Sequence record: SRR22947727_2435
Direction: 5' to 3' (one strand)
DNA length: 64,000 nt
Below are positions 30,174 to 40,900 of the stretch, piece by piece (positions within the stretch are counted from its first letter, which is position 1; each line of letters begins with the position of its first letter). Made by a program: the position numbers and the translations under genes. The notes under the pieces were generated by a model. It was given only the letters and a program-made list of their open reading frames with translations. It made no database searches and had not been told where the DNA came from.

Positions 30174-31454
30174 TTGAGCGCATCGCTGTCGATCACAGCC
30201 TCGGAGATGGCTCCTGAGCTTTTTGAGCTTCCCTGGGACATTGCCCTGGAGGATTGGCCTGAGGAGACCATTGCTGCGCTTCCCAAGGGTATTTCTCGCC
30301 ACATCGTGCGCTTTATCCACCTGGGGAATCACATTGTCGCGGTCAAAGAAACCACGGAAGCCTTGGCAGTCCGTGAATACGAGATGCTGCAAAAACTCAA
30401 CCGCCTCGATGTCCCCTGCGTGGAGCCTGTCGCGATTGTGTCGGGACGTGTCGACACAAAGGGTGAGGAGCTCCCCGCTGCACTCGTGACCCGCCATCTC
30501 CGGTTTTCCTTGCCCTATAGGGCGCTCTATTCTCAAACGCTCCGCCCTGACACGGCGACCAGGCTTGCAGATGCTCTGGCCGTGCTCTTAGTGAGACTCC
30601 ACATCGTGGGCTTCTTCTGGGGTGATGTCTCACTCTCGAATACTCTGTTTCGTCGCGATGCCGGCTCTTTTGCGGCCTATCTCGTCGATGCCGAGACAGG
30701 TGAGCTCATGCCTGGCAGCTTGTCGGACGGTCAACGGGAGAACGATCTAGAGATTGCTCGCATCAACGTGGCCGGTGAACTCCTGGATCTTCAAGCGGGT
30801 GGGCGTCTTGATGAAGACATCGATCCTGTCGCTGTCTCGAACTCGATCATGGATTCTTACCGCTCACTCTGGGATGAGCTCACCGGGTGGGAGAGTTTTG
30901 ACCAGACCGAGCGCTGGAGAATTACGCAACGAGTATCCCGTCTCAACGAACTCGGCTTCGATATCGAGAACATGTCCATCTCCAGCGATGACGCCGGATC
31001 CTCGCTCCGTATTCAACCCAAGGTGGTGGATGCAGGACACCACACGAGGCGTCTACTCAGACTGACCGGCATTGACGCAGGTGAAAACCAGGCCCGACGA
31101 CTCTTGAATGACATGGACTCCTACCGAGCGATTCATTTTCCTGGTGATGATGTCGACGAGGAGATGGCCGCCCACCAGTGGCTCTCTGAGGTGTATGACC
31201 CGATCATCCGGGCTATCCCCCGGGAATATCGAGGCAAGCTCGAAGGGCCAGAAATCTTCCATCAATGGCGTGAGCACCGCGCGGCCCGATCGCGAGACGA
31301 AGACCGCGATGTGTCCCGTGAAGAAAGCCTCCAGTCCTACATCGAGGATGTGCTGCAGCACCGTCGCGATGAGGCCGTCGTCACAGGACCACCAACCGAA
31401 GCGATCACTCTTCCAAACCCCACCATCGAGCTCAACTGGCGAGATCGGATCTAG
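30174..31454 (+). CDS. DUF4032 domain protein (kinase-like fold)
   Basis: LPWDIALEDW, GISRHIVRF, FFWGDVSLSNTLFRRDAG and AYLVDAETGE motifs; the usual neighbour of msiK. Confidence 0.85.
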   Translation: MSASLSITASEMAPELFELPWDIALEDWPEETIAALPKGISRHIVRFIHLGNHIVAVKETTEALAVREYEMLQKLNRLDVPCVEPVAIVSGRVDTKGEELPAALVTRHLRFSLPYRALYSQTLRPDTATRLADALAVLLVRLHIVGFFWGDVSLSNTLFRRDAGSFAAYLVDAETGELMPGSLSDGQRENDLEIARINVAGELLDLQAGGRLDEDIDPVAVSNSIMDSYRSLWDELTGWESFDQTERWRITQRVSRLNELGFDIENMSISSDDAGSSLRIQPKVVDAGHHTRRLLRLTGIDAGENQARRLLNDMDSYRAIHFPGDDVDEEMAAHQWLSEVYDPIIRAIPREYRGKLEGPEIFHQWREHRAARSRDEDRDVSREESLQSYIEDVLQHRRDEAVVTGPPTEAITLPNPTIELNWRDRI

Positions 31455-32440
31455 GACTTCTTTTTCGAAAGCTTCTGGCGAGAGATTTCATACAACACAA
31501 CGCTGGCGGCTATTCCTGCGTTGAGTGACTCTGTCTTGCCCGACATCGGGATACTGACAATGACGTCACACGTTTCGGTGATGAGCCTCGAGAGACCTTT
31601 ACCTTCGCTTCCCACCACGATGAGCAGTGGCGTTCCCGCAAGCTCGGTGACGGGGAGACTCGAGTCGGCTTCGCCATCGAGCCCCACCACAAAGTAACCG
31701 CGATCCTTGAAGGACTTGAGTGTCTGAGTCAGGTTGGCAGCCATCGCCACGGGAGTTCTCGCAATAGCTCCTGCCGAGGTTTTCCAGGCAGCCGCGTTCA
31801 CACCCACCGAGCGTCGTTTGGGGACGATCACGCCGTACCCGCCAAACGCAGCCACCGATCGCACAATTGCTCCGAGATTCCTCGGATCCGTGATGCCATC
31901 GAGGGCCACAAAGACCGGGGCGGAGTCTCCCGCCTCTGCCTTCTCGGCAAGCTCGAGTGGGTGAGCATAGGTATAGGGCGGAACGCTGAGAGCAATTCCC
32001 TGGTGAACAGTGTCCGCTCCGGTCAAGCGATCAAGCTCGGGACGAGGAATTTCCAACAGCGGAATTCCTCGCTTGTTCGCCAGTGCAATGGACTCCCGGA
32101 CTCGATCGTCCATGTCGATTTTGGTGGCGATGTGAAGAGTGGTGGCGGGGATCTTCGCCCGAAGGGCCTCGATCACAGAGTTACGCCCGGTCACCATCTC
32201 CGCTTCCACCGAAATCGGACGAACCATCCTCTTCTGTGGAGCTGGAGTCGACCCGAAGCGTGACTTTACGGTCTCAAGCCGCTCCTTTGCGGCTTTCCGC
32301 TTCCCTGCAGGGTGCCAGGAGCGGTCCTCAGCCTTCGGAGTGGGTCCTTTGCCTTCCAGGGCACGGCGGCCGTGGCCGCCGGTCCCGGAGGTGGCGGGTT
32401 TCTTGGCCTTGCGGGCAGAGGGGTGTCCTTTTTTAGCCAC
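31451..32440 (-). CDS. rlmB: 23S rRNA (G2251-2'-O)-methyltransferase, TrmH family
   Basis: GRNSVIEAL, HQG, DPRNLGAIVRS, GSEGKG and ESLNAGIA motifs. Confidence 0.93.
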   Translation of the reverse strand: MAKKGHPSARKAKKPATSGTGGHGRRALEGKGPTPKAEDRSWHPAGKRKAAKERLETVKSRFGSTPAPQKRMVRPISVEAEMVTGRNSVIEALRAKIPATTLHIATKIDMDDRVRESIALANKRGIPLLEIPRPELDRLTGADTVHQGIALSVPPYTYAHPLELAEKAEAGDSAPVFVALDGITDPRNLGAIVRSVAAFGGYGVIVPKRRSVGVNAAAWKTSAGAIARTPVAMAANLTQTLKSFKDRGYFVVGLDGEADSSLPVTELAGTPLLIVVGSEGKGLSRLITETCDVIVSIPMSGKTESLNAGIAASVVLYEISRQKLSKKKS

Positions 32441-33833
32441 GAAGACTCCAGGTGCTCCCGGTGGATGAATCCTTCACGTCGATACCTGCTCTCTCGATGG
32501 CGTCTCGAAGAGCATCCGAGAGGTCAAAGTTCTTGTCTGCTTTCGCACTCCACCGCAAGGCAATCACGGATTCCACCAAAGAGTCCAATGCTGCAGAGAC
32601 ATCTGAACTACCCGCCGTGGTCCATTCCTCAGCCAGTGGGTCAAGGCCCAACACCTGGACCATAGCGCGAACCGCGCGTGCATCAAGTTCTGCTGTCTCC
32701 CTGTCTCCGGTGTCGAGCGCCTGGTTTCCATGGCGGACCCGCTCGTGAACAACCGCGAGTGCTGCGGGAATCGAGAGGTCATCATCCATGGCTGCCTCAA
32801 AATCTGCGGGAAGAATTCCCTCGGCGCTCTCGATTCCCTCTGCGCGTGCTCGAAAAAGGAAACCTTCAATCCGCTCAAACGCCGCTGATGCCTCTGTGAG
32901 GTAACCCTCCTGGAGGTCAAGCTCGGAGCGGTAATGAGCGCTGGCCAGTGCATACCGAACAACTATCGGTCGAGCTTGCGTGACCAAGTCAGCAGCAAAG
33001 ATGCTGTTTCCCAAAGACTTGGACATCTTCTGGCCACCCACCAGAACGAGGGCGTTATGCATCCAGTGGTGGGCGTAATCGTGTCCTGCCGCCCGGGACT
33101 GAGAGAGTTCGTTCTCATGGTGGGGGAAGCGCAGGTCCATCCCACCTCCGTGGATATCAAACGCTTCTCCGAGGTATCTGGTCGACATGGCCGAGCACTC
33201 GAGGTGCCAGCCTGGTCGACCACGACCCCACGGCGCCGGCCACGCGGCGGTCGCTGGCTCATGAGCCTTGTGACCTTTCCAGAGGGCAAAATCTTCGGGG
33301 TTACGCTTTGCGCTGGAGGTGGTCTCACCCTGGGTCAAGTTCTCCACGCTTTGATTCGTGAGCTCTCCATAGGGCTCCCAGGAGGACACCTCGAAATAGA
33401 CATCCCCCGAGCCATCCTCTGCCGCATACGCGTGGCCCCCGTCCATCAGCGTCTGGATGAGCTCCATCATTGCGGGAATATCGCCTGTGGCGCGAGGTTG
33501 ACGTGCTGGTCTTCGAATGTTGAGCGCATCGGCGACAGCTTGGAATTCTGATTCCACTCTCTCGGCAAGCGCCCACCACTCTTCGCCAGATTCCAGCGCT
33601 TTCTCGAGGATCTTGTCGTCAATATCGGTGACGTTTCGAATCAAAGTGACCCGATACCCCCGGTAGGAAAACCATCGGCTCCAGAGGTCATAAACCAGAG
33701 CGCTTCTGAGATGACCCACGTGGGGCGAAGACTGCACAGTGGGTCCACACACATACATCGACACTTCACCAGAGCGCAGTGGAGCAAACTCCACTGACTC
33801 GTGACGCTTCGAATCAAACAGTGTGATGGGCAC
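32433..33833 (-). CDS. cysS: Cysteine--tRNA ligase
   Basis: [33 protein letters not shown] and KMSKS motifs. Confidence 0.97.
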   Translation of the reverse strand: MPITLFDSKRHESVEFAPLRSGEVSMYVCGPTVQSSPHVGHLRSALVYDLWSRWFSYRGYRVTLIRNVTDIDDKILEKALESGEEWWALAERVESEFQAVADALNIRRPARQPRATGDIPAMMELIQTLMDGGHAYAAEDGSGDVYFEVSSWEPYGELTNQSVENLTQGETTSSAKRNPEDFALWKGHKAHEPATAAWPAPWGRGRPGWHLECSAMSTRYLGEAFDIHGGGMDLRFPHHENELSQSRAAGHDYAHHWMHNALVLVGGQKMSKSLGNSIFAADLVTQARPIVVRYALASAHYRSELDLQEGYLTEASAAFERIEGFLFRARAEGIESAEGILPADFEAAMDDDLSIPAALAVVHERVRHGNQALDTGDRETAELDARAVRAMVQVLGLDPLAEEWTTAGSSDVSAALDSLVESVIALRWSAKADKNFDLSDALRDAIERAGIDVKDSSTGSTWSLRG

Positions 33834-33894
33834 TGCTTCATGCTAGCGAGGAAGGGCCATCAAGCCAGGGAGGCTATTCGAACCAACACTCCCG

Positions 33895-35028
33895 CTAAAC
33901 GCGTCGGAGAACGGCCGTGGCAATGGCGAGGAGACCTTCACCGCGTCCGGTGAAGCCCAAACCATCCGTCGTTGTCGCGGATACTGACACAGGCGCACCG
34001 ACCAGAGACGATAGTGTCGCTTCTGCTTCGTCGCGCCTGGGCCCAATTTTGGGCGCCTGGGCAACGATTTGGATGGCCACTGAGCTGACCTGAAGGCTGT
34101 GGTTCTTCAGCAACTCCAACGTGTGATCGAGGAACACTCGGCTGTTGGCACCGGCAAATTCTGGCCGCGCACTGCCGAAATGTGTGCCGAGGTCACCCAG
34201 ACCGGCAGCTTGCAGGATCGCGTCCACGATTGCGTGGAGGACGGCGTCACCATCGCTGTGGCCAGAGAGGCCGGGCTCCCCTGGCCACTCCAATCCCGCG
34301 AGGTGGAGAGGTTCTGTGGAATCAAACTGATGAACATCCATCGCCACTGCGACCAACGGAGTTGAGGAAGAGCCCAGCAGAGACTCAGCCCGCACAAGGT
34401 CATCTGGGTAGGTGATTTTGAATCCTCGGGGATGCCCGTCCACGCCCACAACAACGTCTCCTGCACGTCGGAGCACGGCTGCATCATCCGTGAATTCTTC
34501 AGTCGTATCGGCATAGGCCTGCCTCAGTGCTTCGACATCAAACCCTTGCGGGGTTTGCACGGCACCGAGTTCGTCACGATCAACACCACCCTCTGTCAAC
34601 GAGGATTCGACCCTGACGAGAGTGTCAACAACAGGCACGTGAGGGATAACTCCGCTCGCCCCTGCCTCGAGAGCATCCAGCACCCGATCAAAGACGTCGC
34701 GGGGCATCAGGGCTCTGGCGGCATCGTGAATAAGGACATTGGTCGTACCGTCAGGGAGGGCGCCCAGGCCTTGTTGAACACTGTCTCCTCTAGTCTCACC
34801 ACCGACCACCACGTGCACAGAGTCCATACCGGTCGCTAATGCTCGAGCTGGTGCTTCGTAACCCTCGGGAACGACAAGAACGAGGGAGTCCCAGCGAGCC
34901 CACTGTGACAGAGACGTGAGCGAATGCTGAAGCATCGGCACACCCGCCACTGAGACAAATGCTTTGGGAAGAGCGGAACCCAGTCTGGTTCCGCTTCCCG
35001 CCGCCACAATGATGACTGCGGTGGTCAT
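33895..35028 (-). CDS. ispDF: Bifunctional MEP cytidylyltransferase / MEcPP synthase
   Basis: IspD motifs AAGSGTRLG, IHDAAR, QTPQGF, FKIT; IspF motifs DVH, GHSDGD, ATTTDGLGFTGRGEG. Confidence 0.93.
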   Translation of the reverse strand: MTTAVIIVAAGSGTRLGSALPKAFVSVAGVPMLQHSLTSLSQWARWDSLVLVVPEGYEAPARALATGMDSVHVVVGGETRGDSVQQGLGALPDGTTNVLIHDAARALMPRDVFDRVLDALEAGASGVIPHVPVVDTLVRVESSLTEGGVDRDELGAVQTPQGFDVEALRQAYADTTEEFTDDAAVLRRAGDVVVGVDGHPRGFKITYPDDLVRAESLLGSSSTPLVAVAMDVHQFDSTEPLHLAGLEWPGEPGLSGHSDGDAVLHAIVDAILQAAGLGDLGTHFGSARPEFAGANSRVFLDHTLELLKNHSLQVSSVAIQIVAQAPKIGPRRDEAEATLSSLVGAPVSVSATTTDGLGFTGRGEGLLAIATAVLRRV

Positions 35029-35051
35029 CTCAGGGCCTTAGACGCTCTCGC

Positions 35052-35534
35052 TTAGGAGGCGAGAACTTCGTCGAGAACGGTGGAAGCTTTCTCTTCGTCG
35101 GTCTTCTCAGCGAGCGCCAGCTCAGAAATCAGGATCTGGCGTGCTTTCGCCAGCATTCTCTTCTCACCGGCACTCAAACCACGGTCTTGGTCACGACGCC
35201 ACAGGTCACGAACAACCTCGGAGACCTTGATGACATCCCCAGACGCAAGCTTTTCCAGGTTCGCCTTGTAACGGCGAGACCAGTTGGTGGGCTCTTCGGT
35301 GAAGGGAGCGCGGAGAACTTCGAAAACCTTGTCCAGGCCTTCTTTGCCGATCACATCGCGAACACCGACGAGGTCCACGTTTTCCGCGGGAACCTCGATA
35401 GTCAGGTCACCCTGCTTCACGTTGAGCTTCAAATACATTTTCTTTTCGCCCCGAATTGTCCGGTTCTTGACCTCGACAATGGTGGCCGCTCCGTGGTGGG
35501 GGTAAACCACCGTTTCGCCAACTTCAAACAGCAT
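35052..35534 (-). CDS. carD: CarD transcriptional regulator
   Basis: [15 protein letters not shown] and [12 protein letters not shown] motifs; start ATG 35534. Confidence 0.96.
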   Translation of the reverse strand: MLFEVGETVVYPHHGAATIVEVKNRTIRGEKKMYLKLNVKQGDLTIEVPAENVDLVGVRDVIGKEGLDKVFEVLRAPFTEEPTNWSRRYKANLEKLASGDVIKVSEVVRDLWRRDQDRGLSAGEKRMLAKARQILISELALAEKTDEEKASTVLDEVLAS

Positions 35535-35714
35535 GCGTATAAACCTTTCCCAAACACAGCAGTTTACCACAGGAAGTTCCCAGCTTCTGAGGGCTTCTAG
35601 GCCAGGAACCGCGGGGATTCAGCCCGGGCTGGGCCCATCCGGTAGGCTGGGTCGAGCTTCACTGAGAGTGACTCTGAGGCCCCTGGTCTCCCGTTCAATT
35701 CGGAGGAATGTTTC

Positions 35715-36185
35715 GTGCGACGCAGACTTTTTGCGCCCCTTGCCCTCGCTTTCTCGGTCGCTCTGGGAGCCACCGGGTGCACTCTCAACGCTGAAATTGC
35801 GACCATGAAGGATTACGACCCCTCCGACGGTGTCGGAACAGAAATTGGCGAGCTTGCGTTGCGCAACATCATGCTGATTACCAACGATGCGGGTGAGGGC
35901 AACCTGGTCATGACGGTGGTGAACTCTGGCGGAAATGATGTCAGCCTCAACGTTCAATACACCGATGGCGGATCACAGATCAACAAGGCGATCGATGTCC
36001 CCAGTGCACCAGCACTGTTGCGAGTCGGAGATGACCCGGGCGCAGCAGTTCTCTTCTCGGGCTCAGATGTGATCCCCGGTGGACTCGCCCCTATTTACTT
36101 CCAGTATGCAGAAAACCCCGGCGAACTCGTCATGGTTCCCGTCCTTGATGGAACCCTGCCCGAATACGAGCTGCTAGTTCCCTAG
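35715..36185 (+). CDS. Putative lipoprotein (LpqE-like position, divergent from carD)
   Basis: Signal peptide with ATGC lipobox; YDPSDGV and VPVLDGTLPEY motifs. Confidence 0.7.
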   Translation: MRRRLFAPLALAFSVALGATGCTLNAEIATMKDYDPSDGVGTEIGELALRNIMLITNDAGEGNLVMTVVNSGGNDVSLNVQYTDGGSQINKAIDVPSAPALLRVGDDPGAAVLFSGSDVIPGGLAPIYFQYAENPGELVMVPVLDGTLPEYELLVP

Positions 36186-36192
36186 AGGATCC

Positions 36193-36873
36193 CTAGGCCT
36201 CGAAGCGGTATCCGAGGCCTCTGACCGTCACGATGATGGTCGGCTCTGAAGGGTGCACCTCGATCTTGGAGCGAAGACGCTTGATGTGCACATCGAGCGT
36301 CTTCGTGTCACCGAAGTAATCAGACCCCCACACCCGGTCAATGATTTGCCCACGGGTGAGAACTCGTCCGGCGTTCACCATCAACAACTCCAGGAGTTCG
36401 AACTCTTTGAGTGGCAGTGAGACTGGCTCCCCCCGCACCTGAAGCTGATGGCGATCGGAATCCAAGTGGATGTCATGGTATTCCAGGACCCCATCCCCGG
36501 TGTCGGGGTCACTCGAGCGACGACGAAGCACGGCTTTGATGCGAGCGAGAAGCTCCCGGGAAGAGTAAGGCTTAGTCACGTAGTCATCAGCACCCAGCTC
36601 CAGCCCCACCACAATGTCGACCTCGGAGTCTTTCGCGGTCAACATGATGATCGGCAACGAGGAGCGATTCCTCACCTCACGGCAGACCTCGGTGCCGGCA
36701 AGACCGGGAAGCATGAGGTCCAGCAACATGAGATCAGGTGGAGTCTGGTCCACCGCATCAATGGCAGAGAGCCCATTGTCGACGACAGAGACTTCGTAGC
36801 CTTCCCGTCTCAGGAGATACGCCAACGGTTCGCTGAGGGACTTCTCGTCCTCCACCACCAGGATCTTGGTCAT
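36193..36873 (-). CDS. regX3: OmpR-family response regulator, phosphate regulon
   Basis: LLDLMLPG, GLELGADDYVTKP and GDTKTLDVHIKRLR motifs; paired with the kinase and phoU. Confidence 0.9.
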   Translation of the reverse strand: MTKILVVEDEKSLSEPLAYLLRREGYEVSVVDNGLSAIDAVDQTPPDLMLLDLMLPGLAGTEVCREVRNRSSLPIIMLTAKDSEVDIVVGLELGADDYVTKPYSSRELLARIKAVLRRRSSDPDTGDGVLEYHDIHLDSDRHQLQVRGEPVSLPLKEFELLELLMVNAGRVLTRGQIIDRVWGSDYFGDTKTLDVHIKRLRSKIEVHPSEPTIIVTVRGLGYRFEA

Positions 36874-38144
36874 GCGCTCCCTCTCAGGTTTTCGTGTAGG
36901 TCGTCATCCTCGACCTCGACTAGGGGAATTTCTGAGGTCGCACTGTACTCGGCAGGTCTGGCGGGCTTCCGTCTCCCCTTCAATGGCACAACGTCCAGTC
37001 CCTCATCGTCGAGGAGAGCATCGGCTGGAGCCTGCTGCAACCGAATAGTGAAGGTGGAGCCCTTGCCTAATTGCGACCATACCCGCACCTCGCCTTTGTG
37101 GTTGTTCACCACGTGCTTCACGATGGCAAGGCCCAAGCCTGTTCCGCCAGTGTCGCGAGATCGTGCGGGGTCTGAGCGGTAGAACCGCTCAAAAATACGT
37201 TCTAGATCGGTCTCGGCGATGCCTTGGCCCTGGTCGGTGATGGAGATCTCCACCACCGTGTTCTTGACACTCACTCCCACGCCCACCCGCCCGGGACCCC
37301 GTGAGTAGGTCACAGCATTGCGCACGAGGTTGTGAACAGCGGTCACGAGTGACGAGAAATCCCCCATCACATAGGCATCGGACTTCGCGGAGGCAACCAA
37401 GGTGATGTCGGATTTCTCCGCAAGAATCTTGTTGGTCGAGAGTGCCTGCTCCACAACCCTGTCAATCGGGACGGGGTCAGGATCCTCAATAGTTCCCAAC
37501 GATTGCAGCCTGGTGAGCTCAATGATGTCGTTCGTCATCTCTGCCAGGCGGTGACCCTCTTGTTCCAGAGTTGCCGCAAACGAGCGAACCTGCTCAGGGT
37601 CATCGGCGGAGTAGTGCAGGGCTTCTGCGAGCAGTGACACCGCACCAATCGGGGTCTTCAGCTCGTGAGAGATATTGGCGACAAAGTCTCGTCGGACGGC
37701 GTCCAGCCGATACATCTCCGAGCGATCATCCGCCACGAGGAGCATCAATCGAAGGCCCAGTGGCGCCACCCGGACCAGGAGGTGAGTAGTCAGCGCTGCG
37801 GGGGAGTCACCTTTGAGTTCGAATTCTCGGGAGAGTGGCACACCCTCGAGTCGAGACTCTTTGACCAGGTCAAGAATGGGTCCATAGGTCAGGTCACGAT
37901 CTTTCACCAGACCAAGTTCGATGGCCGACTTTGCTGCACGAAGCACCCGGTTATCGGCATCCAACACAATTCCTGTGGCGCCGATTACTTCCAAGGCTGT
38001 GTCGACACCGTCGGGCACCGGCTGTTCCAGAACTGTTTCGGCACGTTGTTGCCACCGCAGTGCGAGCACCACCATCCCCGCCAGGGCAATACCCAGCGCG
38101 ATGCCTATTCCCAGGCTCCAGCCAGAGGACCAGAACAGCTCCAT
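36870..38144 (-). CDS. senX3: Sensor histidine kinase
   Basis: RRDFVANISHELKTP H-box, NLVRNA, DQGQGI and GGTGLGLAIVKH motifs. Confidence 0.9.
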   Translation of the reverse strand: MELFWSSGWSLGIGIALGIALAGMVVLALRWQQRAETVLEQPVPDGVDTALEVIGATGIVLDADNRVLRAAKSAIELGLVKDRDLTYGPILDLVKESRLEGVPLSREFELKGDSPAALTTHLLVRVAPLGLRLMLLVADDRSEMYRLDAVRRDFVANISHELKTPIGAVSLLAEALHYSADDPEQVRSFAATLEQEGHRLAEMTNDIIELTRLQSLGTIEDPDPVPIDRVVEQALSTNKILAEKSDITLVASAKSDAYVMGDFSSLVTAVHNLVRNAVTYSRGPGRVGVGVSVKNTVVEISITDQGQGIAETDLERIFERFYRSDPARSRDTGGTGLGLAIVKHVVNNHKGEVRVWSQLGKGSTFTIRLQQAPADALLDDEGLDVVPLKGRRKPARPAEYSATSEIPLVEVEDDDLHENLRGSA

Positions 38145-38218
38145 AAGTGCTTAGCCTACGGCGTGAGCTTGGGCTCACCGAGAGTGTGGAGCGCTAAACT
38201 GGCGCCCACAGAGCGAGT

Positions 38219-38251
38219 GTTAAGCAAAGCCTCACCGTTTGTTAATCCAAC
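38219..38251 (+). promoter_or_regulatory. PHO-box-like 11-nt direct repeats between senX3 and phoU
   Basis: GTTAAGC (38219), CCTCACC (38230) and GTTAATC (38241) in 11-nt phase; extra GTTCACA at 38266. Confidence 0.5.
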
Positions 38252-38298
38252 TGTGGGGGGATTGAGTTCACACCGACCACGCTCGACCAAGGAGCATA

Positions 38299-38964
38299 AT
38301 GCGCGATCTATTCCAGCAGGAACTACGCGAAGTTCAAGACCAACTCATCTCCATCGCCGAACTTGTCGCGTCGTCCATCACCGACGCCGTCGAAGCCTTC
38401 AACAAGTCCGATGTGACACTGGCCGAATCTGTCATTGCCCGCGATAACCAGATTGATGACGCCGTCGTTCAGCTTGACGAGCACGCCATCACGATCCTCG
38501 CTCGTCAGTCACCCGTCGCCAAAGATCTCCGCATTGTTGTGAGCGCCTTGCGCATCAGCTCATCACTCGAGCGCATGGGCGACATGGCTGAGCACCTGGC
38601 GCAGCTGGCTCGCTACCGCTTCCCGGAGAAGGTCGTCCCGAAGACCATTCGCCCCACCTTCAAGGAGATGGGTGCACTCGACATTGGCATGGCCAACATG
38701 CTGGTCGAGTTGCTAAAGAATGGTGACACCGACTTGGCTCAGAAGATTCGCGATGAGGACGACAAGGTGGACGCCCTGCACCTGTCCGTCTTTGAGACAG
38801 TCCTGAGTGACGCTTGGTCACAGGAGACCGAGACGACCGTGGACGCGACTCTCGCTTCTCGTTACCTCGAGCGCTTTGCCGACCACGCGGTGTCTATCGC
38901 CAAAAAGATGGTCTATCTCGCCACGGGTGAGTGGAACCCCCAAACGGGATCCATTCAGCTCTAG
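38299..38964 (+). CDS. phoU: Phosphate signalling protein PhoU
   Basis: [22 protein letters not shown] and [11 protein letters not shown] motifs; AAGGAG RBS. Confidence 0.94.
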   Translation: MRDLFQQELREVQDQLISIAELVASSITDAVEAFNKSDVTLAESVIARDNQIDDAVVQLDEHAITILARQSPVAKDLRIVVSALRISSSLERMGDMAEHLAQLARYRFPEKVVPKTIRPTFKEMGALDIGMANMLVELLKNGDTDLAQKIRDEDDKVDALHLSVFETVLSDAWSQETETTVDATLASRYLERFADHAVSIAKKMVYLATGEWNPQTGSIQL

Positions 38965-39710
38965 CGCTTCTTTTTTCCCTGACCAGCGACGGCTGCAGCG
39001 CCTGCCTGCGCTGCTGCGGGGTCAAGGTAGCGGCCAGGAGCTGTGGGCTTCAGGTCATCACCTAGCTCATACACCAGGGGAATTCCGGTAGGGATGTTGA
39101 GCTCGGCGATGTCGTCATCGCTGATTCCCTCGAGATGCTTCACCAAACCGCGGAGGCTGTTGCCGTGCGCAACAACCAAGGTGACCTTCCCCACCGCAAC
39201 ATCGGTCGCGATATCTGAGGACCAATAGGGCAACATCCGATCAATCACGATCTTCAGTGATTCGGTCTTGGGGACAAAAGCTTCGATGTCGGCATAACGG
39301 GGATCACCCTGCTGCGCCCAGGTGTCAGAGGGGTCAATCGGGGGCGGGGGAACGTCAAAGCTTCTGCGCCACAACTGGAACTGCTCCTCGCCGTATTCCG
39401 CCAACGTCTCTGCTTTGTCTTTACCCTGCAGCGCACCATAGTGACGCTCGTTCAGGCGCCAGGAGCGCTTCACCGGGATCCAGAGACGATCTGCGGTGTC
39501 GAGTGCAAAGTTTGCGGTCTGAATAGCGCGGGAGAGCATCGATGTGTGGAGAACATCAGGCAGCAGGTTGTGCTCCTTGAGGAGCTCACCAGCCCTCTTG
39601 GCTTCCGTAATTCCCAGGTCGGTCAGTCGAACATCCACCCACCCGGTGAAGAGGTTCTTCTGATTCCATTCAGACTGGCCATGGCGCAACAAGATCAGAG
39701 TGTGAGGCAT
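38961..39710 (-). CDS. gpmA: 2,3-BPG-dependent phosphoglycerate mutase
   Basis: [27 protein letters not shown] and NIPTGIP motifs. Confidence 0.97.
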   Translation of the reverse strand: MPHTLILLRHGQSEWNQKNLFTGWVDVRLTDLGITEAKRAGELLKEHNLLPDVLHTSMLSRAIQTANFALDTADRLWIPVKRSWRLNERHYGALQGKDKAETLAEYGEEQFQLWRRSFDVPPPPIDPSDTWAQQGDPRYADIEAFVPKTESLKIVIDRMLPYWSSDIATDVAVGKVTLVVAHGNSLRGLVKHLEGISDDDIAELNIPTGIPLVYELGDDLKPTAPGRYLDPAAAQAGAAAVAGQGKKKR

Positions 39711-39755
39711 GGTTTAAGCCTAGTGAGCAATCAGACCTGGGTGAGACCCCGAGCC

Positions 39756-40781
39756 TTATCGAAGTCGTCCGAGCCTTGGTATGTCTCTTGTGGCCCCGGC
39801 GTCGATAGGAACAAGAACCTCTTGGTTGGCTCCCACTGACCTGCCACCGGTGATTACCGTGAGAACCTCCTCCGTGGGCGTGGTCCTTTTCAGCATGGCC
39901 AGCGCGATAGGACCCAGTTCGTAGTGCCACGCAGCACGAGTGATGCGCCCCACAGTCTTCTCTCCGAGCATCACCTCGTCTCCTGGAGAGGGCAGGAGAG
40001 ACTCTGAACCATCGAGATGCAGCAGGGTGATTCTCCGGGGAGGATGTCCAAGATTGTGAACCTTCGCCACTGCTTCCTGGCCTCGATAGCAGCCCTTATT
40101 GAGGTGAACTGCAGTGCGAAGCCAATCAAGTTCGTGGGGAAGTGTCTTCTCGTCCACCTCCATCATCGTTGGCCTCGCAGCAGCGATGGAGAGCGCATCT
40201 AGGTGCTCGGGAGTCACGGTCGGAACTGACAACGTCGCGACGTCAGCCCTGGACACCACCGCACTAAGAAAGTCCCAGTCGTGTCCTGGGTGAACGTCCT
40301 CTGCATACCCCACGGAACCAACCCCCACTCGAGGCCAAGGGTCTGAGAACACCACTCTGGTAGTGAGGCCCTCAAGCACAGCCTCTGACGTTGAGGTCAA
40401 CACGAGGAGATCGCCTGGTCTCTCGAGGGTGACGTCCATCCGGAACACCATCGAGCGAAGCCATGACTCGAGTGCATCTACACCCTCGGCCGGGACCAGA
40501 AGCCAGGTGGACACACCGTCATCGGTGAGAAAGAAAGCATGCTCCACTCGACCTTGGGGGTTCAACAGCAATGACTCGACGGTGTGACCAGGGCTGAGAC
40601 CCAGCACGTCCTGGGTGATCAAGCTGTTCAACCAGGTCAGTCGGTCAGGCCCAGTGACTGTGATCAGCCCGCTGCGGTCATCTGCGATGACCGCCCTACC
40701 GAGGGCGACATCTCGCTGCGTACGGAGAAAGTCTCCGGCTGCCCTTGTCGGGCCAGAGTGCTCAGGGTGAGCAGACGTCAC
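39756..40781 (-). CDS. ygfZ: YgfZ/GcvT-family folate-binding protein
   Basis: KGCYRGQE signature; start reassigned to GTG 40781, just after the small upstream gene. Confidence 0.88.
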   Translation of the reverse strand: MTSAHPEHSGPTRAAGDFLRTQRDVALGRAVIADDRSGLITVTGPDRLTWLNSLITQDVLGLSPGHTVESLLLNPQGRVEHAFFLTDDGVSTWLLVPAEGVDALESWLRSMVFRMDVTLERPGDLLVLTSTSEAVLEGLTTRVVFSDPWPRVGVGSVGYAEDVHPGHDWDFLSAVVSRADVATLSVPTVTPEHLDALSIAAARPTMMEVDEKTLPHELDWLRTAVHLNKGCYRGQEAVAKVHNLGHPPRRITLLHLDGSESLLPSPGDEVMLGEKTVGRITRAAWHYELGPIALAMLKRTTPTEEVLTVITGGRSVGANQEVLVPIDAGATRDIPRLGRLR

Positions 40782-40785
40782 GCGA

Positions 40786-40896
40786 TTATCGCTGGCCCTT
40801 GTAGAGGTTTCGCAACACGATGAAAGAAACCCAACCAATGGCAATCGACGCCAGGACGAGCAGTCCAATAAAGAAGATTTCGATGGCGAGGAGCAT
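40786..40896 (-). CDS. Small single-TM protein, 36 aa (missed by ORF track)
   Basis: MLLAIEIFFIGLLVLASIAIGWVSFIVLRNLYKGQR; 4-nt gaps to both co-oriented neighbours. Confidence 0.78.
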   Translation of the reverse strand: MLLAIEIFFIGLLVLASIAIGWVSFIVLRNLYKGQR

Positions 40897-40900
40897 GTGT

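Noticed and set aside
33895-35028. IspD-IspF fusion as a novelty
   Set aside because: Bifunctional IspDF is well known and the catalytic motifs are intact.
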